This document shows, in pieces, positions 13,201-24,700 of a stretch of 64,000 nt of DNA. Every line of letters starts with the position of its first letter. Position 1 is the stretch's first letter. The notes beneath the pieces were generated by a model. It saw nothing but the letters and a program-made list of their open reading frames with translations, was not told the origin of the DNA and searched no databases. The position numbers were made by a program, and so were the translations under genes. This DNA comes from Monocercomonoides exilis PA203 (lineage: Eukaryota; Protista; Preaxostyla). The stretch covers positions 62,001 to 126,000 of the forward strand of contig LSRY02000006.1 of assembly GCA_001643675.2 (NCBI GenBank), read 5' to 3'.

Positions 13201-13692
13201 CCCTAATTTGATCGTACATATTATATATTTTTTCAAATAATATTTATCGCACTTTTTCTTTTTATTGAAATTTTTGTTTGGTTAAAATATGAAAGAAATT
13301 GTTGTCACTTTTCATTTATCTTTTTTCTCAATTTTTATCACTATTCCTTTTTGTTATTTTTCGCAATCAAATCAAAAAACTGTCAGATAATAACAATATT
13401 TGGTACATAACACTTGCATTTATGAAAAATTCATTGATTTTTTCCGAACATTTTCTGCAATTGAATGATTATTATTCTGACATTACTGTGCAATATTAAA
13501 TATAGAAATATAAAAAATTGAATAAAAAAAAATCTTTGAAAAAACTGTGTTGAACAAAATTCAAATAACAAAAATTTTTGTCCCATTTGTAATAAAATTT
13601 TTTCATTTTGAGAATTAATTAATCACAAAAATCATTTAAACAAATTGGTTATTGACTGAATGTTAGAAAGTGATGAAAATATTATATTTTGG

Positions 13693-13956
13693 AATTGGGT
13701 CATTATTTTTGAAATCACATTTTTTCCTTTTAAAAATTTGGTTCGAAATATTTTATTGAATTCTGACAAAATAACACTGAGAAGCGATAAGATTTATTTT
13801 ATATATTTTCTTATTTATTTCAGCTCAATCATTTATTTTTGAAATGGTTTTGATGAATAATTTCATAAAAATCCAAAATCTAAGTTCAAAAACAAACAAC
13901 CTCTGAAAAAAAAACACACCGAAAAAAGTTATGATTTCAAAAATAATCACCCAATT
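13693..13956. repeat. 25-bp inverted repeat pair (13693-13717 / 13932-13956), probable transposon relic
   Basis: AATTGGGTCATTATTTTTGAAATCA versus reverse complement AATTGGGTGATTATTTTTGAAATCA (1 mismatch). Further partial TTTCAAAA(A)TAA copies near 13830, 14110 and 14345. Confidence 0.7.
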
Positions 13957-14431
13957 ATTCATAAAAAAGATGAGAAACAGAACCTCTAATATTATTATTT
14001 GTCGAAAAATATATAAAAATTTAAACGGAGGAAAATATGGACTTTCAAGTTTTTTATGCACAAAGAATGAAAAAACCGTTTCATTTATTTCACTATAAAA
14101 CTTTATGAGATTTCAAAATAAGTTTGATTTTCATTACTGAAAAAAAACATCGTTGATGTGATAACAAAATGTTTTGTGATCTCACATGTATTTCAAAAAA
14201 AAAAAAACCATTCTTTTCTGGTTTTTTGATCACAAAATGATCATCAAAGATGAATAATTCTTCAATGAAAATTCCTGAAGGCATGTATTTGTCACATATT
14301 TTCTGACAAAAATCATCATCATTGAAATTTGATAATATTTTTTTTTTCAAAAATAATCTATCTTGATTGTGTGATGAATTATAAAACAATACAAGGTGAA
14401 TTTAAAAATAAATATCAGATTTCAATGATTA

Positions 14432-14489
<58 letters not shown>

Positions 14490-14533
14490 CGACAGACGAG
14501 GCTTCAAGTGATTTGTCAGGTCACAGAGGAATA
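14432..14533 (-). mobile_element. Solo terminus of a related hAT element with an adjacent T-run
   Basis: The reverse complement from 14533 (TATTCCTCTGTGAC...CGTCTGTCGAA) aligns ungapped to the hAT left end at 15121 (TAAACCTTTGCGAC...CGTCGGTCGAA): 10/14 terminal bases and 10/11 at offsets 36-46. No partner end or TSD was found. Confidence 0.5.
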
Positions 14534-15184
14534 ATCAAAGGTTCTATTTCTCATCCTTTTTGTAATTAATAAAATGATATAATATTTTTATCACTTTCAA
14601 ACATTCAGCCAAAAACCAATTTTTCACATAAAAAATTATTTTAAAAAAAATGCTGTATTTAATTAATTTTGAATGAGAAGTTTACCAGTTTCGAACAATA
14701 AGTTGACCAAATTTGAACAATAAATGGTGTATCAAGAAATGAAAACACAAAATCAAAGATTTATTATGTTTGTGTTAATTATGGTGGACACTTTCAATAA
14801 CTGTGGACAGTTGAATTATCTCAACAAATTTTGATAGTAACTTTTTGACAATTAACCGAATTATTCCCTCATTGAATACAAACTTATATGAATTGTTTAA
14901 TTCACACATCCAATACAACAAAATTATATGAATTTTATTTTTTCTTTTCTGAAAAACCCGGAGAAAAATGGTTATCCGAGTTTCTCCGAAAATTGAAAAT
15001 GTAAAGTTTTTTTATTCTTGGGTGCAAGTCGTTTCATTTTTGAATGACTAATAAGTTTGCATTCAATATTGAAATAGTTGGGTTTATTGTCAAAAAGCAA
15101 CTATCAATAGTTGTTGAGATTAAACCTTTGCGACACATGAAACAGGAGAGGCTTGCGTCGGTCGAATAATAATACTTGGGTCGA

Positions 15185-15231
<47 letters not shown>

Positions 15232-15929
15232 AGCATATAAAAGTGTGCAAACGTTTCTTTATTTGATTGAACAAAAGTTAATAATAAAAAAAAATTATTT
15301 ATTATAAAAAATCAAATTTTTTCAAGATCTTGGCACACATAATTAAAAATAAATTATTTGATCATTATGGGAATGATCAAAAATGTTAATAGTTTAACTG
15401 ATGAATCTTCATGTATTAAATGTTGTAAAAATAACATTTTATTTATATTTGATATATATATGTTGACTTTTCGTTTTATTTTTTGATAACAACGAATTTT
15501 ATGTTATTCAAGGAAATGCTATCAAATCAGCTTTGAGTTATTTCAATTTGACATTTTTTCAATGCATGAGCAACTTAAATCATTTGCATGTTAATATTAT
15601 TAATGCGTTGCACAATTTGCGGTTATTGATACAAAAATTGAAAAAAAATTAACATGAATAAAGTTTGCTAAAGTTTGTGAGAATTTTTTGTGTTTTCGTT
15701 CATTCAATTGATTGCATTTTTATGATTTTCATTAGATTTTAGAAATACAGGCAATTTCCAGGATTTGATCGGGTTAAAGGAAAATAAGCAAGGAAAGACT
15801 AAATTTTCCAATTTTCTAAAGGTTAGAAATTATTTGTTTTATTTAATTATCTTTGTTTTTTCCTCGTTTTGTCAGTTTGATTTGTATAATATTGCAAAAA
15901 ACATAGAAAAAACAAAATTGTTGAGAGCA

Positions 15930-16981
15930 CAGCAGTAAAAAAGGATGCAAAAGCGTTTGAGATGGTGACGATGGAGATGTCACCCGAGGAGCAGTGGAGG
16001 AGGGCTGAGAGGGAGGCAGAGAAGAAGAACGATGAGAGGATAAAGAAGAGGGTATATGCGAAAAGCCTTCAGCGTTCGGAATCATCGGAGCATCTTCTGT
16101 CCGAGAGCGGATAGACTGAATACATATTGGGAAGGGATTCAGACAAGATTCCAGAATGGGCATTAGAGAAGGTTGAAGAAGAGGAAGAGATTCGAAAGAG
16201 ATCTCCTTCACCATCCATCTCATCCACTTCAACCACTTCAACAACTGATTCAGATTCCACTTTTGTTAGAGGGGAGGATCTGTGTCCAACCACCTCATCG
16301 ATGTCGAATCTGGTGGATGCCATGGCTTGTTCCTCACCACATGAGAAGCTGATTGTTGACTTGAGGGATTCGCTGTTCATGCTGCTTCATGGGAGGAATG
16401 AGAAGAAAGAAATGGCGATTGGGAGTCTTCAACAAAGAGAACAGACAGCTGCTCAAATCCTGTTCTGGGTGGCGAATGGAGCTATCCACTCATTTGAGGA
16501 TGAGGAAGATGAACTTCCCTCTTTATCAAACTTGAGCCCTCATATTGTTCTGTTCTCAGAACACTTGGTGATTGCGATTGCCATGCACTCCGACTGCTCC
16601 TCTGATGATTCTGATTCCTCATCCATCTCATCATCAACAGTTGTGACATCTGCAAGTGATGATGATGAGGATTCTCTGCCCTCTTCGGCTTTTGAAGAGG
16701 ATGAGGATGCCTTCAGAAAGGAATGTCTGCGATGGATGGCGCCAGAATTGTTGATGAATAGGAAGATGGGGGCAACAAAGGAATCAGTTGTGTTCTCGAT
16801 CGGGATGATGCTGTGGGAATGCTTGACGCTGCAGATACAGTTTGGGGAGAACGAGGTGAACATGAAGCGGAAAAAGATTGCTACAAGAAAAAGGCAGAAA
16901 ATATCAGAAACTTGTCTGAAGCATCTTGAGGTCGTTTCCAGCTTTGAGATTGTGTGGTTATTTAATAATTATGCAAAATGA
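15930..16981 (+). pseudogene. Captured cytoplasmic module of the receptor-pseudokinase family (no ectodomain or TM, premature stop)
   Basis: Homology to the C-termini of the 31012-33828 and 49374-57182 proteins begins at KDAKAFEMVTMEMSPEEQWRRAE. In-frame TAG at 16112-16114 where the paralogues have Ser; similarity fades after LWECLTLQIQFG. Confidence 0.9.
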
Positions 16982-17873
16982 AAAGGAGTTTTGTCTTTTT
17001 TTGCTGCAATTTAGATAATTTTTCAACATTTTCTTGCTTTCTAATTTATTTAATAATTAAATGATTATTTGATACATAAAAAAACAATACTCACTTCACA
17101 TTAACATAACATATCCTGTGAATTATCTTTTTTCGTGAGAGTTATCGAATAATAGAGATAAATTTCATTATTTCTTTTGAACTCATCTGTATTCAATATT
17201 TTTTATTCGCGATTTCCAATTAGAATCTTTATTTAATATCATTTACATATAAAAACAATTATTTCTCAAATGCTGATTCTTAAATAAACAATTGAAGCAT
17301 CATTTCAAAGTTGAATCCACTTGAACTATTAAACTGGATGAACAAAAGACCTTTTTGTTGCAAACAAACTATCTTTTGATTGGTGATATGAAAAAATACA
17401 ATTACTCAGAAAATATTAGATGAATTGTAATTATTATCAGTTATGAACATCGCTCTTCATTCTGAAGAATTAAAAACGTTCGAACACAATATGAAAGTTC
17501 AACGAACGTTGTTAAATGGATCAATGTGTATTACAAGCATCTGAAAACGGAGGAGATAAATCAATAAATAAGAACATACATATTTGTGCACTGAAATATA
17601 GTTGTTGATTGGAAATTTGAAAAAATATTTAACAAACCTTGTATTTGTAACTCACAATTCCACATATTCACAATAAGATTCTTCTATAAATGACAAATAT
17701 CGAAAGTTTGTTTCAAAAACAGTTCAGAAAAATTATAATTGCAAACTTTGTACAACAAACCTCATTATTTGTCAAGAAATTTCATTTGGATTAAAATATA
17801 TTCAGAATTCTTCACTGAAATGCAAAAAGATAGCTATAGCAGTTGAATGTTTTATTGAAAAAAATATAAACAT

Positions 17874-20630
17874 CTACAGTAAAAGCAATGCGTTGAGCGT
17901 TTCTGGTGCAAGCGAGTACCTTCTATCTCCAACAATTCGTCTCAAGCGAGAGAAAATTCTTTCACAAGATGCTTCGCTGCACGGAAACATCGTCAACGAA
18001 TAACAAATGTTTGCAAAAATTGTTGATATTGTTCCTTGCTTTGAAATTTCAGAATAGAAAATTTGAGTATTAGTGTGATCCACGTTTTGAGCATTATCCA
18101 GCAACATTGATGAAAATAAAGCTCTAATGCTCTCAATTTGACTTGAAGCTTTCAAACAAGAAATTTTGGACAAATAATCATTGAAAGCGAATTTCAATCG
18201 GAGAAACCAGTCCATGCAAATAGATTGTTGGATTTTTGAAAGTGCTTTCTTTATTTGTTCTGTTGTCTTCGTGCAGTCTGTGATAATAAATTCATTCACG
18301 CCGAGTTCTTCAACATCATTATCATCTTTTGAAAGGCTTTTTTCATTATCTGAACATTTATCTTCCTTTTTTTCGTTTGAATTTGATTGTGAATCACTTT
18401 CTTCAATATGTGAGTGTTTATTTCTTGTTTCATAAATTGATAATTCCTGTTCGCTACGTTCAGAAATGTTAGATCCTTCATCATATTCATCATCCGCCGA
18501 ATCGTTTTCCGCTTGAATAATGCCTGTTTCGTCAAAATCTATTTCCCCAAAAATATCTTCTTCATTTGTAATAACTTCTTTTTCGATAAGTGTGTTTTCT
18601 GTCAAAAGAGCAAATAAACGGAGCAAACTGTTATTTGGTGAGTTGGTTGGTGAAGTTGATGAAATAGAGTGCAAATCTTTTGGAAGCGGCAGAAGTTGAA
18701 CTTGTGTTTCGGTAATTGCTTCTGCTTTTCTGTCTTTTTCTGGGCTTATAAACTGAAGAGCAGAATAAAAAGTCTCAACTGATAATGGAGAAGAGAATAT
18801 TGGGTGAGGAAAATTTGTTGGAAGATTAATTTTTTCATTCTTCGAAAAAAATGAAAGCGCATATTGTTTGTCTGAAAAAAATTCATTTTCGCTGGTTTTA
18901 TCTTCCATTACATGAGAAAGTGTTCGTAACTTTTTCTGTTGATTCTTTGAAGATGCAGTATTTGGAACTTTAGAAGGACAAAGAAAGACCGAGTCACTTG
19001 GAATTATATCTTTTGCAGATTGAATAGATGAATCCCAACGCATCCTTTGAATTTGAGTTTGATCTGAATCCTTTGAAAATATTGATGAACATTTAAAAGA
19101 TCTGTATTTTTCTTTCAATGTCATTAACTCTGTCGAATAAGACTTTGAGAACAAACCGTTTCTGTAGTCAAGGATTCCAATTGGAGTTAAGGAATGAGCC
19201 AAAGCGATTTGATCTCCTCGTTCTTTCCCTAAAAATGAATTGAACAATTGGATTACAATAAAGCAAACTCCATATTGCCAATCAGGGGAAGAAAATTCCT
19301 CAAGATCATGCAACCACATGTATTGCGCAATGGATTTAAGGATAATTGGAAACACATCTCCAAGCTTTGTGTCGTCTTTTTCAAAGAACAATTGCAGTTG
19401 TTTCAGAGGAATTAGCAATAATTCACATCGGATCACGTCATCTATTTTGACTTTGCAGAAATAGTCTGTAAATGAGATATTGTGTATATTTTTTGTAATA
19501 AAAAAACATATGTCAAAAAGACATAGCCATCTTGATTCAATGAACGAAGGGCATTTCGGTAAAAATGGATTTTTTGTGGACTCATTTCTGGAAATTTTTG
19601 AAAATGACGTTATTTCTTCTTTTAATTGCACGAAAAATGAATTATCCTTAAATATGCGTGTGACAATTAAATTAATCAAATGGTTGCAGCAGTAAACAAA
19701 TAGAGGAGTGATTTTTTTACGTGTTTCTGTGATTGAGGTCGACTTTGTTTGATCTGCAAAGCTCTGAATTGCAAGTTTTTGTGGCAGCAAGCCATCCGTA
19801 CAATAACAGCGCACCTCTCCTTTCAAGTCAGCTATTTCTGTTATAATTTCATTTGCAAGATGAAAATAATCGGAAGTTGTGAAGCACGCCTTTTCAATTT
19901 TCCAGAAAAATGGAGATGCCTTTGTCTGCAACGGAACAATAGTAATGACAGTGTATTTTTTTCCTGCTACAACACCTCCATCCATCATGACGCCAATCAT
20001 TGAATTATAAATCTTTGTATTTCTATTGGCAATTCTTTTCTTACCTTCTTCATGAATAAGTGCTGTTAGCTTACGATATGTGAGAGTAGGAAATATGGTT
20101 GTCGGTGAAAGAGTTGGATTTTGTTGGGAAGTGATAATTAAAGAAGAAATAAATTTGTTGAATTCATTGGAGTAAGCAGATAGAAATGCAATATTGCAAT
20201 GACCAATTAAATGCAAAAAATGTTCAATTAATGAATCAAATTGAAAATGAGTTGGAACTATTTTCTTTGAAGGAACTTCAGAAAATCTTGTAGAAGATGG
20301 ATGAAACTTGAAATATGGCAAAATAGATGATGTTGTCGTCAATGCGCATCGATGATTTGCAACTTTGTCACATCCTTTTCTTCCGGAGATGGCACAATTT
20401 ATACCGTGTTTACTGTTTGGACACAAGAAATAAATGTGTCCATCTTTTTTTAATGATCCATCCATCTTGACAGGAGTATATGCCAACCAAAGCTTTCCAT
20501 CGAAAGTTTCAAAGTGAATTTTACCAATTTCTTCTCCAGTATTGTTTGGGTGCTTGTAGACTTGTTTTAAAGCAGAAAAATGCAAATTAATCTGAGTGAT
20601 AATTAATATGAAACATACAATTACCGCCAT
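17874..20630 (-). CDS. hAT-superfamily transposase, 918 aa, intact ORF
   Basis: N-terminal Cys/His zinc-finger-like segment; catalytic D (VMMDG), D (CTDG), CxxH (YCCNHLINL), RW (ESRWL), and C-terminal E/dimerisation motif SEASCERIFSRLRRIVGDRRYSLAPETL. The first ~25 codons may include an in-frame intron. Confidence 0.92.
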   Translation of the reverse strand: MAVIVCFILIITQINLHFSALKQVYKHPNNTGEEIGKIHFETFDGKLWLAYTPVKMDGSLKKDGHIYFLCPNSKHGINCAISGRKGCDKVANHRCALTTTSSILPYFKFHPSSTRFSEVPSKKIVPTHFQFDSLIEHFLHLIGHCNIAFLSAYSNEFNKFISSLIITSQQNPTLSPTTIFPTLTYRKLTALIHEEGKKRIANRNTKIYNSMIGVMMDGGVVAGKKYTVITIVPLQTKASPFFWKIEKACFTTSDYFHLANEIITEIADLKGEVRCYCTDGLLPQKLAIQSFADQTKSTSITETRKKITPLFVYCCNHLINLIVTRIFKDNSFFVQLKEEITSFSKISRNESTKNPFLPKCPSFIESRWLCLFDICFFITKNIHNISFTDYFCKVKIDDVIRCELLLIPLKQLQLFFEKDDTKLGDVFPIILKSIAQYMWLHDLEEFSSPDWQYGVCFIVIQLFNSFLGKERGDQIALAHSLTPIGILDYRNGLFSKSYSTELMTLKEKYRSFKCSSIFSKDSDQTQIQRMRWDSSIQSAKDIIPSDSVFLCPSKVPNTASSKNQQKKLRTLSHVMEDKTSENEFFSDKQYALSFFSKNEKINLPTNFPHPIFSSPLSVETFYSALQFISPEKDRKAEAITETQVQLLPLPKDLHSISSTSPTNSPNNSLLRLFALLTENTLIEKEVITNEEDIFGEIDFDETGIIQAENDSADDEYDEGSNISERSEQELSIYETRNKHSHIEESDSQSNSNEKKEDKCSDNEKSLSKDDNDVEELGVNEFIITDCTKTTEQIKKALSKIQQSICMDWFLRLKFAFNDYLSKISCLKASSQIESIRALFSSMLLDNAQNVDHTNTQIFYSEISKQGTISTIFANICYSLTMFPCSEASCERIFSRLRRIVGDRRYSLAPETLNALLLL

Positions 20631-20880
20631 TGAAAGATTTTGTTCTTATTAATTCCACGAATGTGCATTCATTGTTTTTTAATTCCTCAACTTTTCTTTC
20701 AAATGCTTCAAGCTGCAAAGATGAATTATATTAAAAAATAAATAATTATTCATGCTGGGATAAAATAAAATTGCCAAACAATATTTTTCGCTGACAAGCA
20801 TCTTTGTAATTCTATCGGCAATTCTTTAATAAAGTCATTAAGATTCATTTCACTCATTTTTCAAATGATCTCGACAAACC

Positions 20881-20912
20881 GACTGATCTAGACAGACAGA
20901 CTGATCTAGACA
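20881..20912. repeat. Subterminal direct repeat GACTGATCTAGACA x2 (18-bp period) of the hAT element
   Basis: Copies at 20881-20894 and 20899-20912, within a CGAC/GTCG-rich island in otherwise AT-rich DNA. Confidence 0.8.
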
Positions 20913-21748
20913 TGATCAAGTCGAAAAGATCTGTCGATTTGACAACAAAAAATTCTTTTTGCATTTTCATGTTTTATTATTCATTTTTAAAATTCTCAAA
21001 ATAAATGGAGTTTAAAAAATATTTGAAATTAAATATTTTCCAATTTTTAAAATTTTCCAAATTGAAAAGTCTTAAAAGAGTTTTGAACGTCCCTGTCGGT
21101 CGGATTGTCGTTTCCGTTTGACAAAGTCAGTGTGTCGCAAAGGCCTAGTTGAGATAATTCAACTGTCCACAGTTATTGAAAGTGTCCACCATAATTAACA
21201 CTAACTATATACCAAAAAATTCACATTCAAAAATTAACAAAAAGAATAATCGAATAATTCTTAAAGAGAAAGGAATTGGAATGTTTAAAGAAGCCAAAGA
21301 ATTGATGATTATTTTGCAGTTGCAGGAATTTAAGAGAAAAAAAAAAGTGTTTTTTTCATAAAAAATCCAAACTTCTTATTCTGTAAATGAAAACCGAAAA
21401 ACAATGTCGATTCGATGTTTATTAAAATTTCTCAAAAATGTTTATAGTTATCATTGTGAAAAGAAACAAATGATTGAATCCAGATTTTGAATATTTTTTG
21501 AATTTCTGGAGAAAATTGCACTTGATTGCTTTCAATTACATGTTAAAATTTTTTTCACACAAAATATATATAAAAAACTTCCAAAAGTTATGATATAATA
21601 TTAAAATAATTATTGAATGGTTTTGGTTTGAGGATGAACAAAAAATTATGGTTAACTGAAGTTAAGTTTATCGAAAGCTTTAAGAAACAAACATATAAAT
21701 ATAAGCACTTTTATCCACAAATTAAAAACGACAGATCCTCATTTTGAC

Positions 21749-24700
21749 ATGGAAACTGATGAAGATATTTTGAAGAATTCGAAGGAAACAAGTAATATAT
21801 CTAAAATGCATTTTCAATCGAAGGAAACTCAAATGATAGATAATTTTCAATCAAAGAAAAAGAAAAAGAAAAAGAAGATAACTAGGTCACTGTCTGAACA
21901 TTGTTTTCGTTTGCTTTAACTTTCTTTTTTTTTCTCCTCACTGAATTTTTCATATTTGTTTCTTGAAGAAGAGAAATATTTAAAGTTAGATCAAGCAAGT
22001 GAATTGACAGCATTCATTAATGAAGATGTTATGCGCGCTTCAAAATCCATCGAAGATTCTTCGAATGTTTCTTATTCAGCGCATGGAAGAAAATTTAAAG
22101 TATTAGATGATTCTTTAGCGAGACACCAAAAATTTCAGAGAAATGTTCTTGAATCCAATTATTTTCAAGTTCTCAAAGAAGTGGATGAACTTTTAGGAAG
22201 TAATAGTCTGACCCACAAAACTATCCTTCGAAAGATGGTTGAAGCCAATCAGCCTAGTACATCAGAGATTCTTGAAATGAAGGAAAATATTCTTTCATCA
22301 GATTTTTCATCCATAGATCCTGAAAGTTTTTTAAGATTAAAGGAAGAACCACTTAGTGAAAAAGATAGAAACATCCAGTCGGTGTCACAAAAAAATGGTG
22401 CTATTAGAACAACTTTATCTGCACCATCTTCTACAATTGCAAACTCAAAGAAAAGAAAAACAGAGATATTTCAAACGGGAGGAACTCATCCAATAGGAGC
22501 AAGAATTGAATTAGAGATTGCTTCACTCTCAAAGGCTATTTCAGAAGCCAAAAAGGAAAGGCAGAAAGAAAAATTCTTGAAGGAGATAGCAAAAGGACAA
22601 TCAATTGATTTCAATTCAAAGAATGAAAAATCAACACAAAATTCGACAATAAATAATTTCGCTGAACTTGAGCAGCTTTCTGACATTCGTTCAGTTGAAA
22701 TGAAAAGTTGGCAAATTAAAAAAAGAGGAAAACACAACCTTTCCTCTTCAGCTTCTGTTTCTCAATTAATTCAGAGACATCCTTATTTTAACGATTCATC
22801 TGGCTTTTCAACTCCAAGATTATCACATCTCCAAAAAAATTCAACACAAATTGAACACAAGTCAGCGATAGAACTGGATTCGCTGTGCGGAAAAGGAGGA
22901 TTGACACGTGCAACATCAGAGGAGATTATGGAGGGGCTCGCCTCAATCGACGTAACAGAAAGCAAGTCGAATTCTTCTCCGCTGAAATCATTTGCAAACA
23001 TGCAAAACAACGCTGAAGGAAATTACTCACTTAGCGGAATAAACCAGATGAAAAGGATGGAAAGAGGTACAGAACGTCATTTAGACACAAGAAGTTACAG
23101 AAGGAACAGCTCCGACGAATCTATTTTTCTGACCCCTCGCTCAGATCGCAAGTCGTTGCATCTTCCGCCTCTTCAGAAGTCTTCTGCTGTTCCTACAGAA
23201 TGTTCTCAGGCACAACTCCAGTCAAGCAACAGAAACTCTTTCAAAACGATTTTCAATAGTCGAAATTCTTTTCAATTTAGTGGTATAAAATTCAACAAGG
23301 AAATGGGAGGTTTGCAAAGCACAGCATCTCTTCCGTGCTATACTGTATTGAGAAAGCACGAATATCTTGACGAAGGCAGTGGCTGCATTTCAAACAGGGA
23401 GAAGAGCTGGATTAAAGAATTTGTTCGAAATGAGCAAGTTAGACAACGGAGAATGGAGAAAATGCGAAAGGAAGAGGAAGAGCGTTTAGAGAAGCAAAAA
23501 GGATGGGACGCAGAGAGTGAGCACCTGGAGGAAGAAAGCAGAAGGAGAAAAGAGATGGCAGCGATGGCAGCTTATGCAGTATCACACGAGTTTAGAGTGC
23601 GTGTGAGAAAGTGGAATGCTGTGGTGAAGGCATCGTTTATGATGGCAGGGCTGAAAGACCAGCTTGATGAAGACAGAGCGCGTAGATACACAAAACAACT
23701 GGTTCTGAGAAAACACGAGGAGATTGGAATTGAAGAAATGGAAGAAAGGAAAAAACAGATGCGCAAAAAGTACTTGAAGGCCTTTTCAGTTTTGGTGAGG
23801 TTTGCATTTGGTGGATTGCATGCTTATATTTTTTTTCCTTTCATTATTTATTTTATTTTATTTATTTTTTAAAATTAATTGCTTAATTTTCTTCGTATGA
23901 TCTGTTTTATGCTTCATGATGAATCATGATTTCCATATTTCTACAGAGTTTTGGGCCAGTTTGCGTTGCGTTTTCGAATGAAGAAAAGAATAGAGCTATC
24001 GAAGCAGATTACACATGTTCTGCTACGAATCAGACTCGATTATATTTTCCGCATTCGTGTCAAAGGATTCCGTCAGCTTGGTTTGACATTTCTTTTGAAT
24101 GTGATGCTTTTGTTTTATTTTGGCTGCTCAATTGTATTTTTATGGGCATTTGAAATCATTCCTTCCTTCCTTTTTTATTCAGTGCTGAATGCGCAGAGAG
24201 AGGCAAGGCGATTTTTGGATGTTACAAAGGCCAGACTTATTGCCCTTGATCGATTGGTTTGCTACGACATCATTCATTGCCTATTCAAGAAGTTTTTATT
24301 TTATTTTATTTTTTTCCCTAAATGTTTATTTATTTGTATTTTGCAAACATAATTTGGTTTAAGTGGCGATGGGAAGAGCTTACACTGATCCACAAAAAAG
24401 CCAAAAGGAAAGTGGATGAATCTTTGTATCCTTCAAAAAACGAAAAAAGTGAGAAATCTTTGGAGGAAACAGATGAGATGAATGAACATTATGAACAGAA
24501 AGAGGAGAGAAAGACAACAAAAGGAGATGACAAAACACCAGAAGATGTTGGGACAAAGACTATCTTCGATGAAAAGGAAGCACAAAGCAAAGAGAAGCGT
24601 AAGATTGAGTTTTGTTCAAAGATATTGTCAGAAGAGGGGTTGAAAGAAGAGGAAGAAGATCTTGTCAACCGCTTTGTGGCGATAGTGGGGTATCAAAATC

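Larger units (their letters stand above)
15121..21147 (-). mobile_element. Autonomous-type hAT DNA transposon (6027 bp) carrying a captured host gene fragment
   Basis: TIRs TAAACCTTTGCGACACA (15121-15137) and TGTGTCGCAAAGGCCTA (21131-21147) match at 15/17. Perfect 8-bp TSD GTTGAGAT at 15113-15120 and 21148-21155. GTCG/CGAC-rich subterminal motifs and an internal hAT transposase. Confidence 0.95.
14772..21201. mobile_element. MITE (~395 bp when reconstructed: 14772-15120 + 21156-21201), interrupted by the hAT element
   Basis: 14772-14825 is a perfect 54-bp reverse complement of 21148-21201. The inverted similarity continues imperfectly from 14826-14887 against 15051-15112, giving ~115-bp TIRs around a short non-coding core. 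TSD unclear (possibly TAT at 14765-67/21206-08). Confidence 0.85.

Noticed and set aside
14679-14722. Two ~22-bp imperfect tandem copies (AGTTTACCAGTTTCGAACAATA / AGTTGACCAAATTTGAACAATA)
   Set aside because: Only two degenerate units with no spacers; not a CRISPR array or a defensible element.
15187-15230. T44 run as the poly(A) tail of a retrocopy that delivered the pseudokinase fragment
   Set aside because: It lies upstream of, and in the wrong orientation for, the plus-strand fragment, and no flanking TSD was seen.
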